Positions 1-12,496 of a stretch of DNA of 39,414 nucleotides are shown here, piece by piece (the first letter of the stretch is position 1; each line of letters starts with the position of its first letter). Under the pieces are notes generated by a model that did not search any database, was not told the DNA's origin, and saw only the letters and a list, made by a program, of their open reading frames with translations. Made by a program: the position numbers and the translations under genes. Origin of the DNA: Basidiobolus ranarum (lineage: Eukaryota); the NCBI GenBank assembly GCA_040143965.1, contig JASJQH010000042.1, positions 1 through 39,414 of the forward strand, given 5' to 3'.

Positions 1-240
1 AAGTAAATTCCGATTGAGAATAATTGATAATATCTTAGTGAATTACAAGATAACTAAGTACTAAGCTATATATGACTATATAGGTGTTTAGGCAATGCTA
101 ATTTCAACACTAAGTTGGTGTCAATATTCCAAGTAAATTCCTCATGAGATTAATGGATGATATCTTAGTTCATTATAAAATAACTAAGTACTAAGCTATA
201 TATGACTATATAGGTGTTTAGGCAATGCTAATTTCAACAC
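1..240. repeat. 130-bp-period tandem duplication, truncated at window start
   Basis: 51-110 and 181-240 are identical 60-mers (TAACTAAGTA...TTTCAACAC). 1-50 aligns to 131-180 with many substitutions. The core contains the hairpin CTATATA-TGAC-TATATAG. Confidence 0.9.
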
Positions 241-617
241 AAACTATATTTATATAGAAAGACTGCTCAGATAAACATTGTAAGCTTTGACTGCTTACAT
301 ATGACTGTCAGTTCTTTTGTCAAGGACTTGGTATTTATGAGTGTTGAATAAATATGCACTTGTACTTTATAGCTGCATGACTGAAAAGAAGAATGATGGA
401 TAAAACTCAAGTATCCATCTAAAAAAATGATTTATCAATAGTGAATTATATGAAAATTAGGGGAGCAGTAAATCTGCGATTCATCATCGATAATAACAAA
501 TTTATGTTTACTTTTACTAGTCAACAAATGATAACAACCAAAAAAAACGTATAGAGGGGGGAAAAGAATGATTTAACGTTAGGTTTCAATTAACCATAAC
601 ACTACTTATATACAATC

Positions 618-1878
618 ATGGTCACCACTAGAAGTACAAAACAGTTGAGTGTTAAGGATATGTTTCAACGTCAGAAAAGTGACTTAAAAGAAGAACAAGT
701 TAACTTACCACCGGTTGAGGAAACCAAGTCAAAACCAACTGAAGTCATGGAGAAACGTAAAAGAGCCCCCTCTGAAGAACTAACTTTACCACTGCCCAAA
801 CAAATAGAAGTGGAAACTACCGACACTTTGGTTGGTCAAGACAACCAAACTATACCTTCTTCTCCTAAACGAGTGAAATTAACGGAAACAGAACCAACTC
901 CCACAGTAGAACTTATTGCCTGTACAAACACTACAATGCCTGATACTTATTCATATAAGGATATCAGTGATAATCAGATGAAGATTGTTTCTTGGAACGT
1001 TAATTCCCTTAATGCTGCTATGAAAAAGGGGTTCCTGGATTATGTGAAAGCGGAAAAGCCGGATATTTTATGTTTACAAGAAACGAAGTTGAACCAAACT
1101 CCCAAAGATATATTGAAGAAAGAGTACAAATATCAGTATTGGTGGTGCTGTAATTCGGGGAAAAAAGGCTATGGTAAATTGAAAGTTTCTTTACTTTATT
1201 GCACAAGAAGTATTGTTAAATATGTATTCTAGCTGGATCTGCCGTACTTTCAAAGATTGAGCCATTGAATGTTACATATGGACTAGAGGATACCGACTTG
1301 GATGACTCGGGAAGAGTAATCACATTAGAGTTTGAAGAATACTATCTGATAGCTTGCTATATCCCAAATGCTGGTGAAAAGCTAGTCCGACTAAAGTACC
1401 GTGAAGAATGGGACATAAAAATGAAGAACATGTTGGAAAATCTAAACGCCAAGAAACCAGTGATTTGGGCAGGGGATTTAAATGTTGCCCATCAAGAGAT
1501 TGATTTAGCTAGACCTGCACAGAACCGTAACAAGTATAACGGAAATCTCATATATTCTCTCCTTTAATCTTATTACTTACGAGGACTTTTAACTGCAGAA
1601 CTCCTGGCTTCACCGATGCTGAACGATCCGGGTTCTCCCAGATTTTAGAACTGAAGAGTGGTAAATTGGTTGACACTTTTCGCCACCTACATCCCGATCG
1701 GTCAATTTATACATACTTCTCGTACCGGTTTCAATGCCGTAAGAAGGACTTGGGCTGGCGACTGGATTATTTCGTGGTAAACGAGACGCTACTCTCCAAG
1801 GTTGTGGAATCAATCCCAAGGTGTGAATGCTATGGTGCCAGTGATCATGTCCCCATAGTGTTAATTCTTGAGAAATAA
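618..1878 (+). CDS. APEX1: ExoIII/APE1-family AP endonuclease, 3 exons (618-1173, 1233-1533, 1599-1878)
   Basis: Motifs SWNVN, LCLQETK, GYAGSA (across intron 1), YIPN, GDLNVAH, TPGFT, GWRLDYF and SDHVPI. Both GT-AG introns restore the frame. Low-complexity N-terminal extension. Confidence 0.93.
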
Positions 1879-2489
1879 ATTATATGTTATGTCTCGATAA
1901 CTTAGCTACCAAGAAGCGCTGTCAATGGCTAATACAAATGAATCCAATGAATCGATCAACTATCGGAACTTTACAAGCCACGCTATTAAGAGCCTTCGGG
2001 CTATGAATAAAACTGGCTGAAACCTGTTTGAAGGGTGGATAATGCAGGTTTCAAATAGTGTAGAATGTGGAAATTGGAATTGAATTGATTGTAATATAAT
2101 ATAACTCAATTCCCAATTTTGGCAGTCTGGGTGATTAAGAAAGGAATGCCAAGAACTATGCTGTACATTAATTAGACATTTTCAGATGCTCTACAACCCT
2201 AACCCTAGCCCAAACTGGGAAATATCATTCTTTTATCTTCTCCCACAGCGTTTGCTCATTATTCCGTCATGTTTCGGAACATTCGGGATTTTCGGTGAAT
2301 AGATGATATGGAAACGGGAAATTGATGGAGGAAAGTAATGATTGAACAGCCGACGCAGCACTAGTTGTATATGTTCATGAGCATAACTTGCTTTGTATTT
2401 GAATGAGATAAAGGAAAGAATGGGGAAAGAATGAAGAAACAAAACAAATTACAATTAATTACAAATGGGAAATATGGCTGCAAACAAAT

Positions 2490-3645
2490 TTACGATGGTT
2501 GTATCTTGCGCACGTTCCCTCCGACTCGTAATGACAAGATATTACGAAGATTATGGACAAAACGCAATGCATCTAAGAAAGGGAGTAACTCTAGCAACGC
2601 TTCATCTTTACAGTTGTTGTTCATCCAGCCTTTGATTGGAATGGCATTTTCTATGGACCGGTTTAGTTGGGGATCAGTGGCAGTAAGCCCTACAATAAAC
2701 TTACCTTGGTTGTAGGAATAAGTGATGGGCGAGTTGTCAACGAGTGCAATTTTGTTCAGATCCGCTTCGATCTTGGTGAGATCTTTAATGAAGGCACCAT
2801 TCTTGTAAATACATGACTAGTATCAATAAGTAATTAGTCCAAGTTGCAAGCAATCCACCTCCAAGCTTAGTTGGATTCATACCTCACGGAAATATCTCGC
2901 AGAAAAGATCTTTTTCTTAATATTATAACGAGACATTACAGATGCCTCTAGCCAATCGATCACCGGATCCGCATATTCGGCAACCGAGGCGGTAAAGACA
3001 ACAACCTTATACCATTCACAAACCTGAGGAAAAAGTCAGTAGCTAGCTAAGATACTCAATAGTGGCAGGACGTACCTTGCTAAGGAAGTATTCAACGTGA
3101 GGTCTTTTAAATACATAGTAGAGACAGGCGTGGTTGTCTATGCGAACTTCTATCATATGGTCAGCCTCATGGCTAGTACCTCGGGAGGTTGAGTGTATTA
3201 GAGTCTCGTCCAGATCCAAAACCAATATTTTAGCTTCTAGAGAAAGTATGGGACGACGAGGCTTGGAATTAAGCAAGGGTGCTGGGTTAGGTAATTTACT
3301 GGATTTTTTACAAGAGCCTTTTCTTAAAGGCTCGGAGGTATTAGGAGTGGTATTCTGGGTTAAAGCGCTTTCAGAAGCCATTGTAACTCCGAAAACTCTC
3401 TGCAGTTGGTTATAAACTTTGACTACAACAGAAAACTTGGATATTAAATCGTAAAGAAATGCGTGAAAGACAATGTAGAGATTATTGACTGCAGATGGTT
3501 TTGTCAAAACTGCAGTGCTAATAGAGTTGTCTGAATTATCCATGGAGATGGTAGCGGCTGCTGCTGCTACAAGTATGCCAGTATTGAGAGATATAGTAGT
3601 AAGGTCGGAGATGCTCGAAGTAGAGGCAACGTTTTCCGCTGTCAT
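2490..3645 (-). CDS. NEM1: Nem1/Dullard-like FCP/SCP HAD phosphatase, 4 exons (3645-3076, 3023-2883, 2816-2705, 2650-2490)
   Basis: LVLDLDETLIHS, YVFKRPHV, WYKVVVFTAS, YADPVIDWL, KDLTKI, VDNSP and C-terminal LLELLPFLDALRFVHNLRNILSLR, typical of Nem1/CTDNEP1. Start codon less certain. Confidence 0.88.
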
Positions 3646-4757
3646 ATGACTAACGTAGTGTTGACTGGATGAAATGTTAGTCAGGATGTTACGAGTAATT
3701 AATTCCTTCCGTTATGAAAGGAAGGGATCTAAAGGGGGTTATTTGTATTGAAGTAGAGATCCTTACAATAAATTTGGATCCCTGAACAAGTGAAGAGACA
3801 GAGAGATAACGACCTCCTAGAGTTGCTTTAAGCCTGCTAAAGAACGGTTGAAACCGGATTTAAGAGTGAAGCCAAAACGGAAACTCCTCAAATACAGATA
3901 TAAAATCAATAATCTGAACAAAAGGTACAGTCAAATCAAAAACTAGAATATACTGCGGTGACTGGTTCACCAATTTAATATGAATAAATTCCAATGATTG
4001 CTTGTGCATATGGATTGTAGAAATCTGTGGCTAAAGAAATAAGATTATCAAACAAATGCCGCTAGAAAACAATGATCAAGATAATAATAAAATGCAACCC
4101 ATATAAATCCTTAACAGCGGGAAAATTGACATCCCATTTGCAAGGTGACGAAACTGACAGTTCTTGGAGCTCTAATGAGGCCCTTGGATTGGCTACAACC
4201 CATCTTCCTTATTTTAGACAAGATAGGCCAATATAGGCGAGATTGTTGTGTCCTCCCCTGTAATCGCTTTTAAGTAAGGCAAATTATGTATGCGGCAGGT
4301 ACACAGTGACCGATATCGCGCGGGAGACCCTGTTGAATAATCCATACATTCCGCATGATTACCACATGTTCGAGGTACTATTGTGTATCGATACTCTTGT
4401 GCGTGCTCAATCCATTTAATTCTTTCGGTTAATAAGGACAATACACTTAACAGTTTTAAGACTTGTTGCTGATCATGAAGGTTAGCATATATAGAACAAG
4501 TAGTAGTATGCCTTTCTAAAAGCTGTACTAGGGTTGGCAGTTATCGCTGATCAATCTCATAGTAGTTGTCACTTATTATTTCTAAATTGTCGTAATTCTC
4601 GATATTTAATATAACTCCATCTTGTGACAAAAGTTAATGCGATGATTTTTAATGAATTTTTATCATGTGACTGTCGCTGTACTTTGAGTAATTCCCTGTT
4701 TCTGTTTGTCACTTAATATTCGTTTCTAGTCTTTCTTTAACCTCTTAATATTTTCAC

Positions 4758-5993
4758 ATGTCTTTCAATGACTTGGAAAGAGGACTTGAGCCAGTAAATT
4801 CGAACTTATCTGGGCGCGAGGGTATTTCCTATCTTTAAAATATATTTATGGTCGTTTTTTACTTACAAAGGTCCTGGTTTCTCCTAATATTTAAAGGAAA
4901 TGCTCACTTGGAGTATAAGCAATTAGCACAAAAGGTAGCTCAGAAAACCTATAAAATTACGAGCAATGTTACCTCCATCCAAAGATTGGTAAGTTACATG
5001 GGAACTGTTAGAGATACGCCTACTTCCCGAGATGAATTGTAAGCGAACTTATGTTTTTTTTCTTTTAGAGCTGAATATTCATCATTTTGACTTTATTTAG
5101 ACACAATATTACTGAAACCACCCGAGATTTGGTTAAAGATGTCGGCAATGATATTAAACACCTGGGAACTTACGAGGCAGGCTCACCTCGTGAAGCTGTA
5201 AGTGAAGGATTTTGATTTGATTTTTCATATGTATATATGGTACCAAGCAAAATATTTATGGGTCATTTCTCTTAGAGACAACGTAAACTTGAGCAACAAA
5301 AACTATCAAAAGATTTCCAAAAAGTTCTTGAACAGTTCCAAGCCGCTCAGCGATTGTCAGCCGAGAAATCTCGTGAATTCGTAGATCGCGCGAGAAAACT
5401 TTCAACTCATAATGATGATTAGTAAGTATTTACATAGGTTTGTTGAAATATTACGTACGACTAACCTCTCCTAGTGATGACGAAGATGTAGATGGGGCTC
5501 CAGAAGAGCAACCTCTGATGGGTAACTCTCAAAGAAGGTTACAGATAGAGTTATTATATTAATGTATTAACTTGACGTACTAAACGAAAATAATTTCCCT
5601 ATATTCTAGACTTCAACTTGAAGGCTTAGATAATGAAGTCGAATTTAACGAAAATCTGATTGCTGAACGTGAGGTTGAAATTCGAGAGATCGAACAAGGT
5701 ATAACCGAATTGAACGAAATATTTAGAGATCTTGGAACCATCGTCAATGAGCAGCAGTCACTTCTAGGTACGTATCTAATAGCACTTGTGATTTTTTTTC
5801 ACTCACTCAATTTTGGCTATGTGTAGATAATATTGAAAGCAACGTCACTAACATGGCTGTGCATGTTCGCAATGCCGCTGAAGAGCTTGGCTCAGCAGCC
5901 ACATATCAAAAGAAGGCCCGGAACAAGATGTGTTGCATGCTGTTGATTTTTGCAGTTATTGCAGTCGTCATAGTACTTCTTGCTATTTCATAA
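4758..5993 (+). CDS. PEP12: Qa-SNARE syntaxin of the Pep12/Vam3/STX7-12 type, 7 exons
   Basis: Spliced product MSFNDLERG...QQKLSKDFQKVLEQFQAAQR...IAEREVEIREIEQGITELNEIFRDLGTIVNEQQSLLDNIESN (SNARE motif), then C-terminal TM CCMLLIFAVIAVVIVLLAIS*. All introns GT-AG. Confidence 0.88.
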
Positions 5994-6231
5994 TTCCTTA
6001 CCCTCATCATTTGTACAGTCAATGACTTATGATTCATTTTAAATAGCATCGTTTTCACTTAAATGTCTTCGCTCTGCAGTAGCATGAAATTGTTAACTAA
6101 TATATGAAGAAACTCCCGCAGCATGCATTCAACAGTCAATAAACCTTTCATATTTATTCAGTATAACCCAATGGTTCAAATGGGTATCATAAATATCTAG
6201 TGCTGTCTCGTTCTTGCATCTGCTCAAGTCT

Positions 6232-7663
6232 CTAATCCAAATATGAATCTGGATCAATTGATGATTCTGCTGTCTTCTCGATAACTAGGGTATCTCCATT
6301 GAATACTTGGCCTTCTAGGCTCAACAAAGACTCGGTGATGGGAAGTTTTTCCCCAGTTCTTTGCAGAAATATATGTAATTTCTGAACAAATATCAATGAG
6401 TGTTACGGGTTGTCAAAAAAATATTAAAACTATGTATTGGATACCTGAGCCGGATCTTGAACTCTGTTGTTCATGTTAGTCACCTTCGCAGCAGATGTTA
6501 CTTTATCTAATACCTTGCCAAGGCTCCAATTCTACCATATATATATTAGATACAAATAAGAGACTTTCCCGAATTGTGTATCACTATCTTTACCTTGTCG
6601 AAAAACATAACCACGGGAGGTGTCTTACTTTCGATGGGTAAGAAGCATTTCAAGTAGAACCTTAAGGCCTGAGGCACTTCATTATCACCCTACAACGTGA
6701 ATATATCAATAAAATGAGGGATATGGGGTATACTCTAGATGGCCCTAGTTTCAACAAACCTTAGCTTTTCCTTTCATTCTCATGAGCTCCACGACAGGAC
6801 TCTTTTTTCGAGGTTTGGAGGGAACACTAGTGGTGCTGGTAGTAGAAGTAGATTTCTTTATATTTTTTGAAATAAGATCCTGTATATTTTTACGTTTTTC
6901 TTGAGCTTTGTTAGCGTTATCTTCTTTACTAGAGCATTCGTGATCAGCGGCATGTCGGTGTCTGAATAAACAGGATACTAAGAGATTGTTCGATAAATTT
7001 AAATAAAAGAAATTCAATATACTACTTTAAACAATATACACTAGTGCAGTACAAGCATAGTGAAACAACACTCTCCGACTGTCCACAAGTAGAAAATTGA
7101 CACTTTTGCTTGATGCTTGGAAGAATTCGAACATGACGTTTGCAGTTAGACTCAATGTGTTCTCTAAGCTGTAGTATGTGAGTGAAATTGAGGTGATATC
7201 GTTAAAAGTTGAAAAGTAAGGTGACATACTATTTGATCTGTATCTATATTTTCTTCGTTCTCAAGCGCCAAGCCACAAGTCTTACAAACTGGTGTATTTA
7301 TCTAAAGACAAGGATATAGTATGGTTTTAGTAGGCAGAGAAAAAAGTGACAGTTATAAACTACAGTGTCTAGGAACCTACATCCTGAGCTAGAGCACAAT
7401 TGTGCTGAAAAATGGAGCGATGTTCAGAACTAAAAAACATCGAAAACCGGTTCAATAAAATAAAGTCTCTGATTCAAGTCATTTATTCTTCACTAATTTC
7501 TTACCAGAAAATGTGTTTACATAGACTGCAACGAAAGGGTAAAAAATCTGGATCAGAATACTTTCAGTTTAAGTTTTTTCTCACACGTAAGAATATTTAG
7601 ATGTCTACCTAGTTGTTGACAACTTTCGAAAGTACATTGTGTGCCAAGCTTAGGAAATTCCAT
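6232..7663 (-). CDS. CUZ1: AN1-type zinc-finger protein with C-terminal ubiquitin-like domain (Cuz1/ZFAND1-like), multi-exon
   Basis: Spliced N-terminus [37 protein letters not shown]...HNC. Second AN1 finger (...CLYCTSVYCLKHRHAADHEC), VELMRMKGKAKG, WSLGKVLDK and VFNGDTLVIEK. Confidence 0.85.
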
Positions 7664-8244
7664 TTTTCAACCGATTCTGTATGGGACGTAGATACCTTTG
7701 CTATTCTAATGATGGGTGCGTATATAATATATATTCAAACAATTTAGTTGTGACTGACTGTATATATAGCTTAAGTTAACTGGAGAAATAATCACCAATT
7801 TAATCAATCATGAATGAGAGTAACCGGATAAGGCAAATGCGGAGTTCCTTACACAAACAATTTCAGACATTAACTAAATGCTGATATATTACTATATTAG
7901 TGATATATTAGTAACATAACCAACCAAGATTTTGGATTGTAGTACATGTACTAGTCATAGATTTTCTCAACAGTATATAATAAAGCATAATAGTTATCTC
8001 TGAGTAGCACATTTTCTCGTGAATGACTGGATACTACCGTTTAGGTGAAGCAAGTTTCAGAAGAAGCAAATCGCTATGCAGCTCTAAGTTAATCAAATGC
8101 AATTGGAATAATAGGTTTCTTACCTTTTTGTATCTAGCTTCAACACTAATAAAAAAAACGAAGACTGCTCACATCTACTGAATACTTTTGATCCCTTGAA
8201 CTTATTCTTTCACCACTTATACTTCACTACCTGTACCTCATATC

Positions 8245-10167
8245 ATGACAATCGACTCTGAAGCAGTTCTCCCTATAGCCCACTCGGTATCTGATATTTA
8301 CCCCGGAAATAGCGTTTCTGCACAAAGGTTAGCTTTGGTTGAATGGCTCTGTCTAAAAAACCTTAACCTATTTTTTAACATCTCTCTTTGGTTTCCAGTA
8401 TACGTTTTAAGAATCTCCTTGAACGTTTCCAAGAAAAATATGGTCGTAAAGCTGATTTCGTTGTTCGTTCACCTGGTCGAGTTAACATCATTGGGGAACA
8501 TATCGATTATGCAGGGTTTCCAGTCTTTCCTATGGCAATAGAGAGAGATTGTCTAATTGCAGTGGCGACAGACAAAAGCCCAGTTAATCCTCACGTAGAG
8601 TTGGCGAATATCGATTCCAAATACACTATGCGTCAATTTGATCATGTTCAGGAATCTTATGTAGAAGTCGATTCCTCCGTACACGATTGGGGAAACTATT
8701 TCAAAGCAGGCTACAAGGTATTTTTTGGTCTTGGTAAACTATACTTCTTCTAGTTAATATACCAATGCTTATTGGCAATTCTACAGGGAATGCATGAAGC
8801 CATTGAAGTTCAATCTCCCGCTACTATGTATTGTTTAGTGGATAGTATTGTGCCAAGTGTAAGTCAAGTAAATAAGGCTAAGCATTTTGTATTGTATATT
8901 GATCATATTGTGTGATATTTTAGGGTGCTGGTCTTTCAAGTTCTTCTGCCCTTGTTTGCTCTGCAGCTATGGCCACTATGATTGCTAATGACTGCGAACT
9001 TCCAAAAGTGTGGATTATTTTAATCATGATTCAATGTTCATATCAAACTAACGATTTGTGAAATTAGCAAAAAATTGTCCAAATTGCTGTAGAAAGTGAA
9101 CGCTACGTAGGAACTAACGGCGGAGGGTATTTCGATTTAGAATTCATGAGATGGGTTTGAATCTAGTCTAATTGCATATTTTATTCTCTAAAGCATGGAT
9201 CAAACTGCCAGTATTATGTCAACCTCGAATAATGCACTTTTCATCGAGTTCTACCCTTCGTTCAATACAACCCCCGTTCGCTTTCCCAAAACCCAACCAG
9301 CCCTTTCTTTTGTAGTAGCCAACACGTTGGTCACTGCCGATAAGGTTGTTTCGGGCCCTGTTTGTTATAACCTTCGTGTGGTGGAGACTCGTATTGGCGC
9401 TCTGCTTATGGGCAAAGAATTGGGACTCGCTGAATACAAGCCACAGACTCTTATGGAGATTATGGATGCTTATTTCAACGTGAATCCTGAGCCGACATAC
9501 ATAAATGAGACAGCAAAATGGATCCATCGTCTATCAGTCATGCTTAAATTGGTGGAAAAGGTTTTTATCAAGCAGGAAGGATATACCAAGGAAGAGATGG
9601 CAGAAGCTACAGGCGCATCCCTGGACGAGCTTGTTTCCAAATTCATGACGAAGTTCCCTGTACGCGCTGAGCTTTTCCAACTTTATTCTCGCGCCAAGCA
9701 TGTTTATTCGGAAGCACTTCGCGTAGTTCTGTTCCGTGATATATGTGAGGTGGAATTCAATGTGGCCGTTGTCGACAGCGAAAGCACTTTTAGAAAATTG
9801 GGTAAATTAATGGATGAAAGTCAATCTTCATGTAAAAATGAATTCAACTGTTCCTGTCCAGAATTAGACGAATTGACTAAGTTATGCAGGTAAATATCAT
9901 CCCTTCTTAGCGTTCTCTTAAATGATATCTTACCAAATTCAATCTCTTTGTAGAAATCATGGAGCGGCTGGGTCCCGATTGACCGGGGCTGGTTGGGGAG
10001 GGTGTACGGTTTCTTTGGTTCGTGAAGACCAAGTGGAGGCCTTCATTTCAGGAATTAAACAGGACTATTACGCGAAACATTTCCCAAATCTCAGCGAATC
10101 CCAGCTCGACAATCTTATATTTCCGTCTCGTCCCAGCAATGGAGCTTACATTTATAGAGAGAATTAG
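8245..10167 (+). CDS. GAL1: Galactokinase (GHMP family), 7 exons
   Basis: RSPGRVNIIGEHIDY, WGNYFKAG, PSGAGLSSSSA, GGMDQ, YNLRVVE, RAKHVYSEALRV, CSCPELD and GSRLTGAGWGGCTVSLV. Confidence 0.95.
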
Positions 10168-10521
10168 GTATCGGTTTGAGAAATATATGTCTCTAGCCAT
10201 GGATGTTTTGCGCTAGTCGCCATGAATATTTAATAGGTTTCTCCATTCTAATTCATCTATAATCTACCTTATCTATACATAATAAGCCAGTCTAATACCA
10301 CTCTTCGGGTTTTCTTGGGATTTCTTCGATTTTTATCATGTAAAATAAAGAAAATTTCAATAGTTCATCATAACATCAATAATATAGAAAATATTGTTGA
10401 ACCAAACAACAAATCTCCAACCGCAATGGGAATGGGAATGATTGGATACTATCTAAACTACACAGCACAGAAGAATTTCTAATTTATACGAATGATCTAT
10501 GGTACAAAAGTTGGCATTGCT

Positions 10522-12066
10522 TCAAGAGTCAGCGGGGTGAAAGGTAGTTGATTCGGTCAATTTAGAATAATCTTTAAATTGAAGCAGTAACTCAGGCGGA
10601 GTATTAGATGTGATCCATGGATGACGTTTTACCTCGGACAGTGGTAATCTACGATTAGGATTACGAACCAATAACTAAAAATAAACACCAACATTAAGAG
10701 TAGTTCATTAGTAACAAGTACATCACAATTTACCTTGGTAATTAAATCGGCTGCTTCTGCAGAAACGCTATCAGGTATTCTCAAATCCACTTTACTGATC
10801 CTCTTATAGGTAGCTTTTACGCTGGTTAAATCTTCAAATGGTGGATTTCCTACCAGGAATTCGTAGGTTAACACCCCTAAACTCCACAGATCCACTTTTT
10901 CGGTATGATCACGAGCCTCTACCATCTCTGGGGGTAAATAGTCAAGGGTACCACAAAGTGTTGTACGTCTATGTAATCAATCACTTAGAAATCACATCTA
11001 AAAAGAAAATGAATCTGATGTACCTATTTCCAGTGCTATGAACGGACCAGCCAAAATCAGACAATTTAACCACATCATCAATATCAACAAGTAAATTTTC
11101 CGGTTTGATATCTCGATGAATGACATGCTTAGAATGGAGATAATCAAGAGAGTCAGCAATTTGCGCAATATACTAGATGGTTAAGTGATTAATAGATATG
11201 CTTGTATGTCCATCACAATATGTACATTGACTTACAATAGCTGCCTGCTTCTCCGGGAAACAACCAAGGTTACGCAATTGCTTATAGAGCTCACCCTTTC
11301 CAGCAAACTCAATCATAAGGTAGATCATATCATCATCCCAAAAGTATCCAAATAGACGAAGGATATTAGGATGTCTATCAATAAAGAGCGATTAATGCCA
11401 GGGGATAAGTATATATTTCTGTATTCAGAAAACGTACCTTAGATGCATCTGAATTTCAATCTCTCTTCGTACTTGTTTCTCAAGTTGAGATTCTAAAAAT
11501 TCCGACTTTTTTAATGCTTTTAGGGCAAAGATAAATCCGGTACTTTTAAGCTTGGCCAGATAGACTCTACCAAACTTTCCACGACCTAAGGTTTTAGCGA
11601 TGTGAAAATCATGTAAACTGAATTGTTGATATGGGATCCTAGAATAGAACAACTCAATAATCACTCTGGCATATATACATAATAATATTAAAGTACCTTT
11701 CTTCTTCACTAAAATGGTTCATGGTTTTTTGTATCTTGGGAGTTAAAGCGGGCGGAGGCATCAGTTGTGCGTCAGTAAGCTTCGCTTGTGGGTGACCATT
11801 TCCTTTACCCATTACACGATTGGCCAAGCCTTTGTTCACCGAAGGTTTATTCTTGAGATCTGGTTGAGTGCCAAGCTTGGACTTGACTGAAGTGGTGATA
11901 GGGACTCTGGTTTGCTTGGGAACTGCTTGTCGAGGCCGGTTCTACAATAGAAAGGTTAGTGGTGTATATATATGTATCAGTGGTATTTTGAAGACTTTAC
12001 AAGTTCGCCTTGAGTTACTGGGTTTTTAACACGAGGCTTAACTTCAGGTCTTTTTAATGTCTCCAT
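10522..12066 (-). CDS. IPL1: Aurora kinase (Ipl1/Ark1), 7 exons
   Basis: [67 protein letters not shown] and [21 protein letters not shown]. Confidence 0.95.
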
Positions 12067-12496
12067 ATCAAGATGTGGCTGGTAAAGTGAAAAGAGTTGG
12101 AATGAAATATTAACTAGAGTCCAAGTAAAAAATGACCGTCCAAACACTGTAGTATGGCGGAAAAAGAAAATGTCAAAGTATTCCACGCAATCTACCAATG
12201 ATTTCATTTCATTTATAATCACCATCACGTAGGTTTATCCAGTCACAAGTCACATACATAGTCCCACCAATCAAACAGGAATGATTGATGATACAAAATC
12301 AAAACAAACATAGGCCCGCTGCTTAGGTGTAAGGTGAACAATGTGCCAGAGTCAACTCAAAACACTCAAACCCATCTATGAGAATGCTTGGTTGCCAACA
12401 AAGGGTAGATCGAAGTGATATGCAAGGCATCTATTGGAATTGTTCCACTGGAGGGATACTTATTTTATTATTATTGTTACTATTACAGTGTGGCCT

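Noticed and set aside
8245-10167. GAL gene cluster
   Set aside because: No GAL7 or GAL10 homologue lies beside the galactokinase.
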